Below are positions 9,197-17,245 of a stretch of 34,997 nucleotides of DNA, one piece after another. The position numbers were made by a program, and so were the translations under genes. The notes under the pieces are model-generated. The model was not told the DNA's origin, ran no database searches, and saw nothing but the letters and a program-made list of their open reading frames with translations. Within the stretch, counting starts at the first letter, position 1, and every line of letters starts with the position of its first letter. The stretch spans positions 1 to 34,997 of the forward strand of contig CAYRBN010000003.1 of NCBI GenBank assembly GCA_964422625.1, given 5' to 3'. This DNA comes from an uncultured bacterium. GTDB lineage: Bacteria; Hydrothermota; UBA3073.

Positions 9197-9664
9197 ATGC
9201 GCAATTTTCTATTTATCCTTCTCGCCATAAGTTTCTGTCTCATTCAGAGCACCGCTATAAGGTATATATCCATAGGCAATGCCACCCCTGACCTTATACT
9301 TATCCTTCTCTGTTATATTGCTCTCTTTCATGGCAGAGTTGCTATCTGGTATGGGTTTGGAATGGGATGGTTCGTAGACCTTTACAGCATAAAGGGGTTT
9401 GGATACAATATCTTGATAAAGACCCTTATTGGCGGACTGCTTGGATACTTCAGCAATTATCTGTATAAAGGCAGAGTCCTATCCCATCTGATCATCCTCT
9501 TTTTTACAGCATGGATACATGATCTTATAATTGCTCTCGCAAGGGGGGAGCTATCCTTCTTTAGATTCTATAGCAGGATTATTCCATCAAGTATCTATAC
9601 GACCCTTGTAGGGGTCTTTCTTTTTTTATTCTTTCAAAAAATAGACAGAAAATGGGGTGACTGA
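9197..9664 (+). CDS. mreD: MreD-like rod-shape membrane protein
   Basis: 155-aa polytopic protein. The pattern PDLILILLCYIALFHG...GFGMGWFVDL resembles MreD, but no mreBC is adjacent. Confidence 0.5.
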   Translation: MRNFLFILLAISFCLIQSTAIRYISIGNATPDLILILLCYIALFHGRVAIWYGFGMGWFVDLYSIKGFGYNILIKTLIGGLLGYFSNYLYKGRVLSHLIILFFTAWIHDLIIALARGELSFFRFYSRIIPSSIYTTLVGVFLFLFFQKIDRKWGD

Positions 9665-10677
9665 TGATTGATAGACTGGATATCAGACCTTTGAAGAAGA
9701 TGTTGAGGATATTTTTGGTCTTGACAATTATATCAACCACCCTTCTTCTTGTTTTTACCGTTACCGAGGAGACCCTCCCCTCTTTTGGAGACCTACATCT
9801 TTCCTATCTTGGACTTACTATTTTTGTGGTCTTTTTCTATATTTTTGTTGAGACGGTATGGTTACGAATTCTTGTATCCTGCATATCTGGAAGGCTCTCG
9901 TTCAAAGGAGCGTTGGAATATACACTTGGGGGCTCTTTTCTGACTCTTGTGCCATTTGGTCTGGCAGGGGTTCCACTCCAGATGTATATACTTAACAGAG
10001 AGAGTAGCCTCTCTATCGGAAAGGCTGGCAGTGTTATAATTGCAAGGGGTACTCTTCTTGGTCTGATGGTGCCCGTAGTTCTTCCTATTATATTCGTCTA
10101 CCATAGAACTATCTTTGAAGGAGGATTTGTTCTGCATCTTACAAGATACCTTCTTATAGCCGCGGGACTGGCAATATTAATTATTACAGTTGCCTCATTG
10201 AATCCCGATAGGACCAGAAATTTTTTATATAGATTTATTCGAAGCAAGAAGAGAAGAGATATTATTGAAAAAGCGACCAGAGAGATCTCTGTGATGAAGT
10301 CCACATTACGGGAATTTTTCGTCATCGGCAGATGGCGACTCCCACTTGCATTTCTTGTTGCCTGTCTTTCCAGGGCTGCTTTGTTCTTTCTTCCCTATCC
10401 CATATTGAGGAGTCTCGGGCTTTCTCCACCGATTTTTGAGGTTATATTAACCCAGATAGTTATCAGCTATCTCATCCTCTACTCCCCCTCACCTGGGGGT
10501 AGTGGAATAGCAGAAGGTGGTGGGTTTCTGCTCTTTAGTCCGTTATGCCCTCCTCACCTGATAGGGATATTTGTTATTCTATGGAGGTTCTTCTCCTCTT
10601 ACCTGCCTATGATACTCGGGGGCATCATTCTTACAAGAATGGTTTCGGTGGGACAAGGGAAAAGGCGTAAGGCGTAG
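9664..10677 (+). CDS. UPF0104 / lysylphosphatidylglycerol-synthase transmembrane-region family membrane protein
   Basis: 337 aa and polytopic. YSPSPGGSGIAEGGGFLLF is typical of this family. The start overlaps the mreD-like stop (TGATG). The tail GQGKRRKA runs into the (GGCGTAA)n array. Confidence 0.65.
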   Translation: MIDRLDIRPLKKMLRIFLVLTIISTTLLLVFTVTEETLPSFGDLHLSYLGLTIFVVFFYIFVETVWLRILVSCISGRLSFKGALEYTLGGSFLTLVPFGLAGVPLQMYILNRESSLSIGKAGSVIIARGTLLGLMVPVVLPIIFVYHRTIFEGGFVLHLTRYLLIAAGLAILIITVASLNPDRTRNFLYRFIRSKKRRDIIEKATREISVMKSTLREFFVIGRWRLPLAFLVACLSRAALFFLPYPILRSLGLSPPIFEVILTQIVISYLILYSPSPGGSGIAEGGGFLLFSPLCPPHLIGIFVILWRFFSSYLPMILGGIILTRMVSVGQGKRRKA

Positions 10678-10727
10678 GGCGTAAAGCGTATGGCGTAATA
10701 ATCCAATAACCAATAACCAATAACTAA
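10664..10727 (+). repeat. Heptamer arrays: (GGCGTAA-like)x5 at 10664-10699 and (CCAATAA)x3 at 10703-10727
   Basis: Read directly: ggcgtaaggcgtagggcgtaaagcgtatggcgtaa ... ccaataaccaataaccaataac. Confidence 0.9.
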
Positions 10728-10730
10728 TAT

Positions 10731-11954
10731 ATGATTACTGTTGTCGTTGGCACACACTTTGGAGATGAGGGAAAGGGCAAGATTGTTGACTATCTTGCAA
10801 AAGATTGTAATATGGTGGTGCGGTATAATGGGGGAGATAACGCCGGACATACAATAATATCTCCTCATGGTGAAGTTGTTCTCCACCTCATCCCATCAGG
10901 CATATTTGACCCTGACTGTATCTGCATTATAGGTCCTGGGGTGGTTATCAGACCCAGAAGTCTATATAGGGAGATATGCACACTGAATAAATTAGGAGTC
11001 AATTTAAGGGGCAGATTTTTCATAAGTTCAAAGGCACATCTCGTTATGCCCTGGCACCTTGCATTAGATGAGGTTGAGGATAGAAAAAGAAAGATAGGAA
11101 CCACCAAAAGGGGCATAGGGCCTGTATATTCCGACAAGATGGCAAGAGATGGTATAAGGACAGGAGATGCACTTTTGTCGGGATTTAGGGAGAAGATAAA
11201 GGACTTATCAGAGGAAAGGGCGAAATTTTTGATGAGAGAGTATAGGTTTACCCTGACAGCAGAGCTTGAAGAATGGTTATCTATAAGAGATAGAATTGGA
11301 GAATATATAGTGGATACGGAGCCTCTTATATGGGATGCAGTGGATGCCAATAAAAAGATATTATTGGAGGGAGCACAAGGCACATTGCTTGACATAGATT
11401 ATGGAACATATCCTTATGTAACATCATCATCTGTAACTGCCTCAGGTGCCTGTCAGGGCTCAGGTATTCCCCCTAACAAAATAGATGAGGTGATAGGTGT
11501 TGTAAAGGCATATACAACAAGGGTTGGAGAGGGACCATTTTCAACCGAGATAACGGGTGAGCTGGGTGATGAGATGAGGCGAAGTGGAGGGGAGTATGGT
11601 GCAACCACAGGAAGGCCAAGACGCTGCGGATGGCTTGACGGCGTATCCTTGAGATATGCAGTCAGACTATCGGGTATAACATCACTTGCACTCACAAAAC
11701 TTGATGTCCTATCAGGTTTTAGAGAGGTAAAGATATGCACTGCATACCGAATAGATAATCAATATTATGATTATCCACCGTTCAATCTAAAAATGGTCCA
11801 ACCTGTATATAAATCCTTTCCTGGATGGGAGATGATAGGCGAGGATCTCTCAACAAATGCCCTTTTGTTTATAAAGGCTATAGAGAGTATCTCCGGTGCG
11901 AAGGTCAAGATCGTCTCTGCAGGTCCCCAAAGGGATGCTACAATAGAGGTGTAG
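10731..11954 (+). CDS. purA: Adenylosuccinate synthase
   Basis: 407 aa with GTHFGDEGKGKIVD (P-loop), GTTKRGIGP and TTGRPRRCGWLD. Confidence 0.93.
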   Translation: MITVVVGTHFGDEGKGKIVDYLAKDCNMVVRYNGGDNAGHTIISPHGEVVLHLIPSGIFDPDCICIIGPGVVIRPRSLYREICTLNKLGVNLRGRFFISSKAHLVMPWHLALDEVEDRKRKIGTTKRGIGPVYSDKMARDGIRTGDALLSGFREKIKDLSEERAKFLMREYRFTLTAELEEWLSIRDRIGEYIVDTEPLIWDAVDANKKILLEGAQGTLLDIDYGTYPYVTSSSVTASGACQGSGIPPNKIDEVIGVVKAYTTRVGEGPFSTEITGELGDEMRRSGGEYGATTGRPRRCGWLDGVSLRYAVRLSGITSLALTKLDVLSGFREVKICTAYRIDNQYYDYPPFNLKMVQPVYKSFPGWEMIGEDLSTNALLFIKAIESISGAKVKIVSAGPQRDATIEV

Positions 11955-11957
11955 TAA

Positions 11958-11987
11958 AAGTCCGATGTTCTGGAAGTCCAAAGTCCA
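11958..11987 (+). repeat. AAGTCCR heptamers immediately after the purA stop
   Basis: AAGTCCG at 11958-11964, and AAGTCCA twice at 11974-11987. The same unit is tandem x3 on the other strand at 28507-28527. Confidence 0.7.
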
Positions 11988-11995
11988 ATGCCAAC

Positions 11996-12372
11996 CCTGT
12001 GGAGCATCGTCGCTTCGCTTTATGGCAAAAATAAAATTGCAAAGTGCAGATTTATTATGTTAACGCATTTGAGTGCAGTAGAGGCTGTGCAAAAAGTCAG
12101 TTTACCCTGTTAAATAAAGTCGCCCTATAGTAACGCTCTGGTACTTGGGTTAAGTTATGTGAATGATGGCAAAACTGGTCTGCGGACAGGGATAAACCCT
12201 GTCCCTACAATGTAGGGACAACCCTTGTGGTTGTCCGCAATTGTTTTTGCACAACATCAGTAGCTTGCTACTATTTACATTACCAAGTAATGCACTCCAA
12301 GTCGCTTTGCTCCATTGCAAAATGCAAAATTAAAGACCAACTAACAAACTAACCAACTAACACCTGACAATA
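11996..12372 (-). repeat. C cassette copy C4: decayed, no gene served, interrupted by A2
   Basis: It aligns module by module with 22412-22622 (GCGAAGCGAC, heptamers, TTATTATGTTAAC, Y-structure, second GTCGCTTYGCTCCATTG, CAAACTAACC tail). Confidence 0.7.
12082..12257 (+). mobile_element. Family-A MITE-like element, copy A2 (176 bp), flanked by a CAGTAG direct repeat
   Basis: CAGTAG (12076-12081) | AGGCTGTGCAAAAAGTC...TTGTTTTTGCACAACAT | CAGTAG (12258-12263). The homologous uninterrupted site is GGAGTGCAGTAGCTTGCTAC at 22491-22510. Confidence 0.85.
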
Positions 12373-12483
12373 GCCTATGGCTTTATGGCTAGTAATATTC
12401 CGTAAACTGCCCAGCAAATTGCCACCTTAGCCAATTTTAAAGCCAGATTAGTTCCATTCATTGTTCCCCCTATTTTATGAAAT

Positions 12484-12639
12484 TTATAAGAACAAAAACA
12501 CAAGGTATCCGCCAACAATAAAAACAGTTAGCATAGCTATAACATCCCATCCCAGTTTCAAAAAAGATTTCTGAGACTTATAGATTAGACCTACGATAAC
12601 TATAGCATTCAGAATTATTGCTAACATTAAAGTAAGTAG
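12484..12639 (-). pseudogene. C-terminal remnant of the CaCA antiporter pseudogene, separated from the rest by MITE B2
   Basis: My translation is LLTLMLAIILNAIVIVGLIYKSQKSFLKLGWDVIAMLTVFIVGGYLVFLFL*. It is in frame with 12780-13106 once B2 and one TAAGTAG copy are removed. Confidence 0.6.
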
Positions 12640-12790
12640 TGTCCGATGAATAATTCGTTTTTTTGCGTAGCTAAAGCTACGCTACTACACGGGATGGATA
12701 TCCAAAGCTAATGTAGTAGCGGATCTTTAGATCCGCCCCAAAAGGGAATATCGGTATTGATTGTGGTTTTGGCAATTTTTCACCGGTAAC
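12640..12790 (+). mobile_element. Family-B MITE-like element, copy B2 (151 bp), flanked by a TAAGTAG direct repeat
   Basis: TAAGTAG (12633-12639) | TGTCCGATGAATAATTCG...TTTTTCACCGGTAAC | TAAGTAG (12791-12797). Terminal inverted repeat CCGGTGAA. Confidence 0.85.
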
Positions 12791-13106
12791 TAAGTAGATG
12801 ATTAGGCGATATACTGGACAAGAATTCCTCCTTTCTACAAAGTATATCGCAAAAGGGAATGATCATCATATCAAGAAAATTACTCCCCAGAATATTACCT
12901 ACAGCCATAGATACTGTAAATTTAAGTGAAGCAAGCGAGACTACTAATTCCGGTAGAGAGGTAACAATAACGAAAAAGGTTGTGCCTACAAAACTTTCAC
13001 TCCAGATTCCCAGTCTCCCTATTTCCCCACCAATCTGAGCAAGCCATATCCCCAAAAATATAATAGCCACGAAGTAGATACAAAACTTAAAGAGGGCTAT
13101 CCTCAA
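12780..13106 (-). pseudogene. CaCA (Na+/Ca2+ exchanger, YrbG-like) fragment 3, alpha-2 repeat
   Basis: VTSLPELVVSLASL...GNILGSNFLD. The terminal residues SYR plus the stop are encoded by the B2 terminus. Confidence 0.7.
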
Positions 13107-13121
13107 GGAAATTTGCCTATA

Positions 13122-13316
13122 TTATAAATTAACTGAATTTGTTGTCCGTCTATTTCGTTCAAATTGAAAAATCAGATTCACTCCTATAACAAAGATAAAA
13201 ATCAGAAGAAGGCTCTCTATCCCAACTCCCAGAATTCCAAATATGATGTCAAAATGGAATCTCAAAAAGATACTGAAGGAGATGATAGTCAAAAGAATTG
13301 TAGTAAGAGCTGCCAA
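13122..13316 (-). pseudogene. CaCA fragment 2 (central transmembrane helices)
   Basis: It is in the same frame as fragment 3 but separated by an in-frame TAA at 13122-13124. It is frameshifted relative to fragment 1. Confidence 0.6.
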
Positions 13317-13338
13317 TAGAATATTACCCTTTCCTGCC

Positions 13339-13635
13339 TTATAATAGAGCTCCTTTTCCGTGAACGAAGTCTAATATAGCTATACACATTAAGTTTATTA
13401 TAATCGTTCCAGATACATCTCCAAATGCCAAATCATGAGAACCCACTATTGCCACAGCACTACCACTGACGACGAATTCAGGGAGAGAAGTAGCAAATGA
13501 TAGAAAAATGAATCCCATTAATGCCTTTGTTATACCTGTTTTCTCTGCGACAATATCTCCGTATTGAGCAAGTTTATAACCAACATATATGAGTCCTAAT
13601 GCGCAAATACTAAATTTTACCCGGGTGATTATCAT
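13339..13635 (-). pseudogene. CaCA fragment 1, alpha-1 repeat
   Basis: GFIFLSFATSLPEFVVSGSAV...GDVSGTIIINL. Confidence 0.7.
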
Positions 13636-13708
13636 TCTTTTCCTCTATTCCTTTTAACAGAGATACAAAATTTATAATCAGAGCACAAGGGAAGCAAAAT
13701 ACCGTTCC

Positions 13709-13737
13709 TTTATAACAGAGAAACTAAAAAAAGTCAA
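13709..13737 (-). promoter_or_regulatory. Sigma-70 type promoter (F cassette) of the CaCA pseudogene
   Basis: On the minus strand: TTGACT (13737-13732), 17-nt spacer, TATAAA (13714-13709). The upstream GCGACTTTGCGCCTTTGCGTGAGA is shared with 20287-20365. Confidence 0.7.
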
Positions 13738-14033
13738 GGAAAAGTTCTCACGCAAAGGCGCAAAGTCGCAATAACAGGTGGAGCATCTTGCTCCACAACC
13801 TTGACTGTGGGAAAGCCCTTCTAAACACCAGGCTCAATGAAAAAGGAATGTGAGGTATGCGATAGCAGTAAAGTTATATTATTCCATTCAAGAGAGGCTT
13901 CCTTATTTGGACTATGAGGAGGTAGGGGTCTGCAGCGAATCTATTTTTTAGGTAAATTTTTCCTCGGAATAGAGCAGTACTGATTATGACTACATCTCAC
14001 CAATGCATATCAATTTCAAACTCTTTGGCGTGA

Positions 14034-14354
14034 TCATTTAATATCACTTAGATCAGGAAGGTTAAAGGCTATTACGATAAGAGCATCACCTTCTTCAAAT
14101 CTCTCGAATTTTTTGTCCTTTTGTCCCGTCCGTTTTTCCTTGGGATTTAGGATAATTCGGTCTTCTCTACGGACTCCAATTAGAATTGCAGGGTTTACTG
14201 GGTCTCTATTCCTGTAGAACATTTCTGCTGTTTCCTCGAATGTTTTCCCTATAATTGCCTTAGGGAATTTGTCCTCGGTGATAATGTAGATTCCGTTTGT
14301 ATCTTCGGAATATGTAAGTAGTTCCCGGTGAAAAAATGCTAAAACCACAATCAA
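14034..14354 (-). pseudogene. C-terminal RCK (TrkA-C like) fragment of the composite channel gene
   Basis: The first 11 codons (MIVVLAFFHRE) lie inside MITE B3. The remainder, LLTYSEDTNGIYIITEDKF..., continues the RCK domain. Confidence 0.6.
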
Positions 14355-14471
14355 TAGCGATATTCCTTTTTGGGGCGGATCTAAAGATCCGCTACTACAT
14401 TAGCTTTGGATATCCATCCCGTGTAGTAGCGTAGCTTTAGCTACGCAAAAAACGAATTATTCACCGGTAAC
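14322..14471 (-). mobile_element. Family-B MITE-like element, copy B3 (150 bp), flanked by a TAAGTAG direct repeat
   Basis: TAAGTAG (14315-14321) | TTCCCGGTGAAAAAATGC...CGAATTATTCACCGGTAAC | TAAGTAG (14472-14478). The interior is the reverse complement of B2. Confidence 0.85.
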
Positions 14472-14979
14472 TAAGTAGATTGTTATAAACTGTGGAAAGT
14501 TTCGCATGTAGTGCACACTGGGCAAGGAGACCCAATCCATAATCAGTCGCACATATTACCTCACCTACTCCAGCATCTCTTAGATGTTCTATTTTCCGAT
14601 GATTGATAGCTTCGGTCACGATATGAGGCCTCGGTCCTGTATTACACAGTTTTATGATCGCTAAAGCAATTAAAGCGGAGTTCGCATCCGGATCTGGACT
14701 TTCTTCATTTGCAAGTATAACCACGCTCTTTGCCAGATTAACACGCGATGCTTTTAACACATAGTGGAGGATTGGATCACTTCTTATGAAGAACACCCTT
14801 TCGTATGCTTTGTTCTTTCTTAATTCGGCTTCATTGATCTCTCTGTCTGTAACTATAACTATCTCTGTCTTTGGTTCGGCTTGAGGTTTGTGGAGTTCTT
14901 TTACAATCCCATCTCCCCTCTCATTCCAGTTACAAATTGCGATATGTCCCTTAGTCCCTTCTGGTATCTTTACCTCCTT
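14461..14979 (-). pseudogene. RCK N-terminal (CASTOR/POLLUX- or TrkA-N-like) fragment of the composite channel gene
   Basis: The open frame continues upstream of the listed Met: KEVKIPEGTKGHIAICNWNERGDGIVKELH.... It is in frame with 14980-15489 but separated by TAA at 14980-14982. It ends in the B3-encoded SYR and stop. Confidence 0.65.
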
Positions 14980-15633
14980 TTAAAAAAAATGTGGTGCAAT
15001 CAATCCCACTACTGTGCCAAGACAGACAAGACTTGCAATAAATACAAAAATGGAACCAACCCATCCTGCGGGATTTATTGGTATTCTCTCTTCAAAACCA
15101 CTGAAGACATAAACCAAACCCGATTTTAAGGTCTCCCAGGGAGTTATAAAATATTCGTTAACATTACGTTCCCCAACATACATTATGAACATTCCTACGA
15201 AGAAGAAACTAAGTAATGTCACAGCAAGTTTTCCATAGATGCTTTTGCACCATATAACCTTCCAAATGGGGCGCCTATATTTAATAAGGAGACCCGCTGC
15301 AGAAACAGATAGAATAATGAATAACCATGTTGGTAGATCTACATGTCTTCTGTAATGTTTATCAGCAGATGGATGGAGTTTAATGCTCATACCTCTTCGT
15401 GCATTCCTTGGCTTTATATACGATCCTGCCAGGTGGCTTTCTCTCAAAATTGCTGATTTCTTAAAAATCGCCCTTGTAATTTCTTCCACTATGGTAGGAT
15501 GTAAATCTTTTCTGACGACCAGCAGTGCTCTTACACCAATAGTAGAAATATTCCTATATCGTTCAAGGTAATCAACACGAGAAATTCTTGCAAATATAAA
15601 ATAGGATAGTTTTTTCGTAGTTCTCTTACCATC
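14980..15633 (-). pseudogene. Fragment holding the C-terminal part of the TAXI binding domain, a transmembrane anchor, and a 2-TM pore module
   Basis: My translation upstream of the listed start gives ISTIGVRALLVVRKDLHPTIVEEITRAIFKK...KLHPSADKHYRR (TAXI C-terminus). Three hydrophobic helices follow, with a P-loop-like PWETLKSGLVYVFSGFEE. Confidence 0.55.
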
Positions 15634-16292
15634 TCATTAGGCATAGAAACAAAATTTATCTTCCTTGCTTCTTCTAAATAGCGAATAGCGGGGGTCGGGT
15701 AACCAGCTGTTATAAAGGCGGCATGAATCGTGCCAGCAAGCAGAGAATCTTTTGCATCGCCAAAAGAAAGGTATAATGTATCTTTGAGAGCAATATCAAA
15801 GGCACCTAAAATAGTGAATGCATTGGATAGGGTTCCGCTATTTTTTGGTCCCACAGAGACTTTTCTGTCTCTCAGACCGTTAATAGAGGTAATTCCTAAC
15901 TCTTTTCTTGTCACAATTTGAACAACTTCTGTGTAAAGGGATGCAATTCCTCTCAATACCGACGAGTCTCTCAATGCAATATCATTCTGGATAAGGGCAA
16001 TATCAGCCTTTCCTTCTTTTATCAACCTCGCATTTGCAATTGAGCCTGCTGTAGTATCAACAATAACTTCTATACGACCGTGAGATTCTTCCTCTATTGC
16101 TTTTTTGATCCCCTGCCCCACACATAAGCTTATGTGCAGGGTGAACGAGCTCTGTGATTTCCCCTGTTCTTTTATACTTTTTTTGACAGTACCCTCAATA
16201 AGCGAATTTAAAGAGATGAACAAGGTAAGCCAGGTAAATGAGAAGCAAGAAAGCTCCTTCCCAGCGAACCAGACGGGAACCGCTACTGGCAA
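15531..16292 (-). pseudogene. TAXI-family (TRAP-type) solute-binding domain, N-terminal two-thirds
   Basis: VDTTAGSIANARLIKEGKADIALIQNDIA is typical of TAXI receptors. The frame is lost near 15595-15610 and resumes in the 14980-15633 frame. The N-terminus overlaps the CaCA 3' end by about 98 nt. Confidence 0.65.
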
Positions 16293-17193
16293 AGATGAGC
16301 ATGACCAGAGTAATGAATAGCATCACTGGCATGGTTATCCTGAGAGTCTGGCTATCTATGTCCAGGGGGTTAATGAGAGAAGATGTCCCCAGTACCCAGA
16401 GGATGTTTACGATATTAGAACCGATTATAGTCCCGGCCGCTATATCTTCCATCTTCTTGGACACCGCCACCAGGGCGGTAAATAGCTCAGGAAGAGAGGT
16501 TCCCACCGCTACCATAGAGAGACCGATAACTACTTCGGGAACTCCTAAGAACTTCGCGATACTTATTCCGCTGGGAATAACCCCATAGGTCGCCGAGGCG
16601 ATTACCCCAACGGCCCCGATTAAGAACTTGATAGCATCTTTCTTCATACTCGGAGGAGGGTCTCTGCTGTTAATCGCCTTTCTCCTTATCATCAGTTCCT
16701 TTCTAACGATATAGATGGAAGACGCGATAAGCAGAATGCTAAGGAGAAGTCCATTTCCAAAACCCAGATTTCCCCCATCAAGAATCCCCCCTGGTCCTCT
16801 TTGGAAATCGAGCATTAAGAGAAAAAGAAGTATGGCTATTCCGATGAGGAATTTCAATTCCAGTTTTATCAACCTGGGTTGGAAATGAATGGACCTGACC
16901 ATAGCCGCCAGACCCAATATCAAACCGATATTAGCGATGCAGGAGCCCAGGGCATTCCCCACAGCCATTCCCCCGATGCTCTCTTTTAAGGGCAATCGTG
17001 ACATATATGCGGAAATAGTGGATACGGCAAATTCAGGCGCTGAAGTAGCTAAACTGACTATGGTCAGTCCAATAATCATCCGGGGAATTTTCAAAGACTG
17101 AGCCAATCCGGAGGCGCCGCTGGTGAACAGGTCAGCGCTCTTGACGATGACACCAATGGCGATGGCAAAGATGATAAAGTCTCTGATAGGCAT
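16195..17193 (-). CDS. CaCA family sodium/calcium (K+-dependent type) antiporter, intact
   Basis: 332 aa and polytopic, with both alpha repeats: GLTIVSLATSAPEFAVS...GNALGS and GLSMVAVGTSLPELFTAL...GSNIVN. Confidence 0.85.
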   Translation of the reverse strand: MPIRDFIIFAIAIGVIVKSADLFTSGASGLAQSLKIPRMIIGLTIVSLATSAPEFAVSTISAYMSRLPLKESIGGMAVGNALGSCIANIGLILGLAAMVRSIHFQPRLIKLELKFLIGIAILLFLLMLDFQRGPGGILDGGNLGFGNGLLLSILLIASSIYIVRKELMIRRKAINSRDPPPSMKKDAIKFLIGAVGVIASATYGVIPSGISIAKFLGVPEVVIGLSMVAVGTSLPELFTALVAVSKKMEDIAAGTIIGSNIVNILWVLGTSSLINPLDIDSQTLRITMPVMLFITLVMLIFASSGSRLVRWEGAFLLLIYLAYLVHLFKFAY

Positions 17194-17245
17194 ATCAACT
17201 CATTCCCATATTCTCGGCCCTATTCTGCCTTTCGCTTATGATATG

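Noticed and set aside
12375-12461. A 28-codon hydrophobic ORF (MNGTNLALKLAKVAICWAVYGILLAIKP) with GGGGGA upstream, just after the CaCA remnant.
   Set aside because: It cannot be distinguished from chance in AT-rich DNA without conservation or expression data.
13122-13124. In-frame TAA codons at 13122-13124 and 14980-14982, as possible stop-codon reassignment or programmed readthrough.
   Set aside because: TAA is used as the genuine terminator of several well-supported genes in the window, including ispF and the lipoprotein gene. Both affected genes carry additional lesions (a frameshift and a MITE), so decay is the simpler explanation.
13837-13917. A 26-codon ORF with a CxxC motif (MKKECEVCDSSKVILFHSREASLFGL), possibly a zinc-ribbon or MqsA-like antitoxin remnant.
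   Set aside because: It is too short and lacks the second Cys pair in frame. It has no partner toxin gene and no convincing ribosome-binding site.
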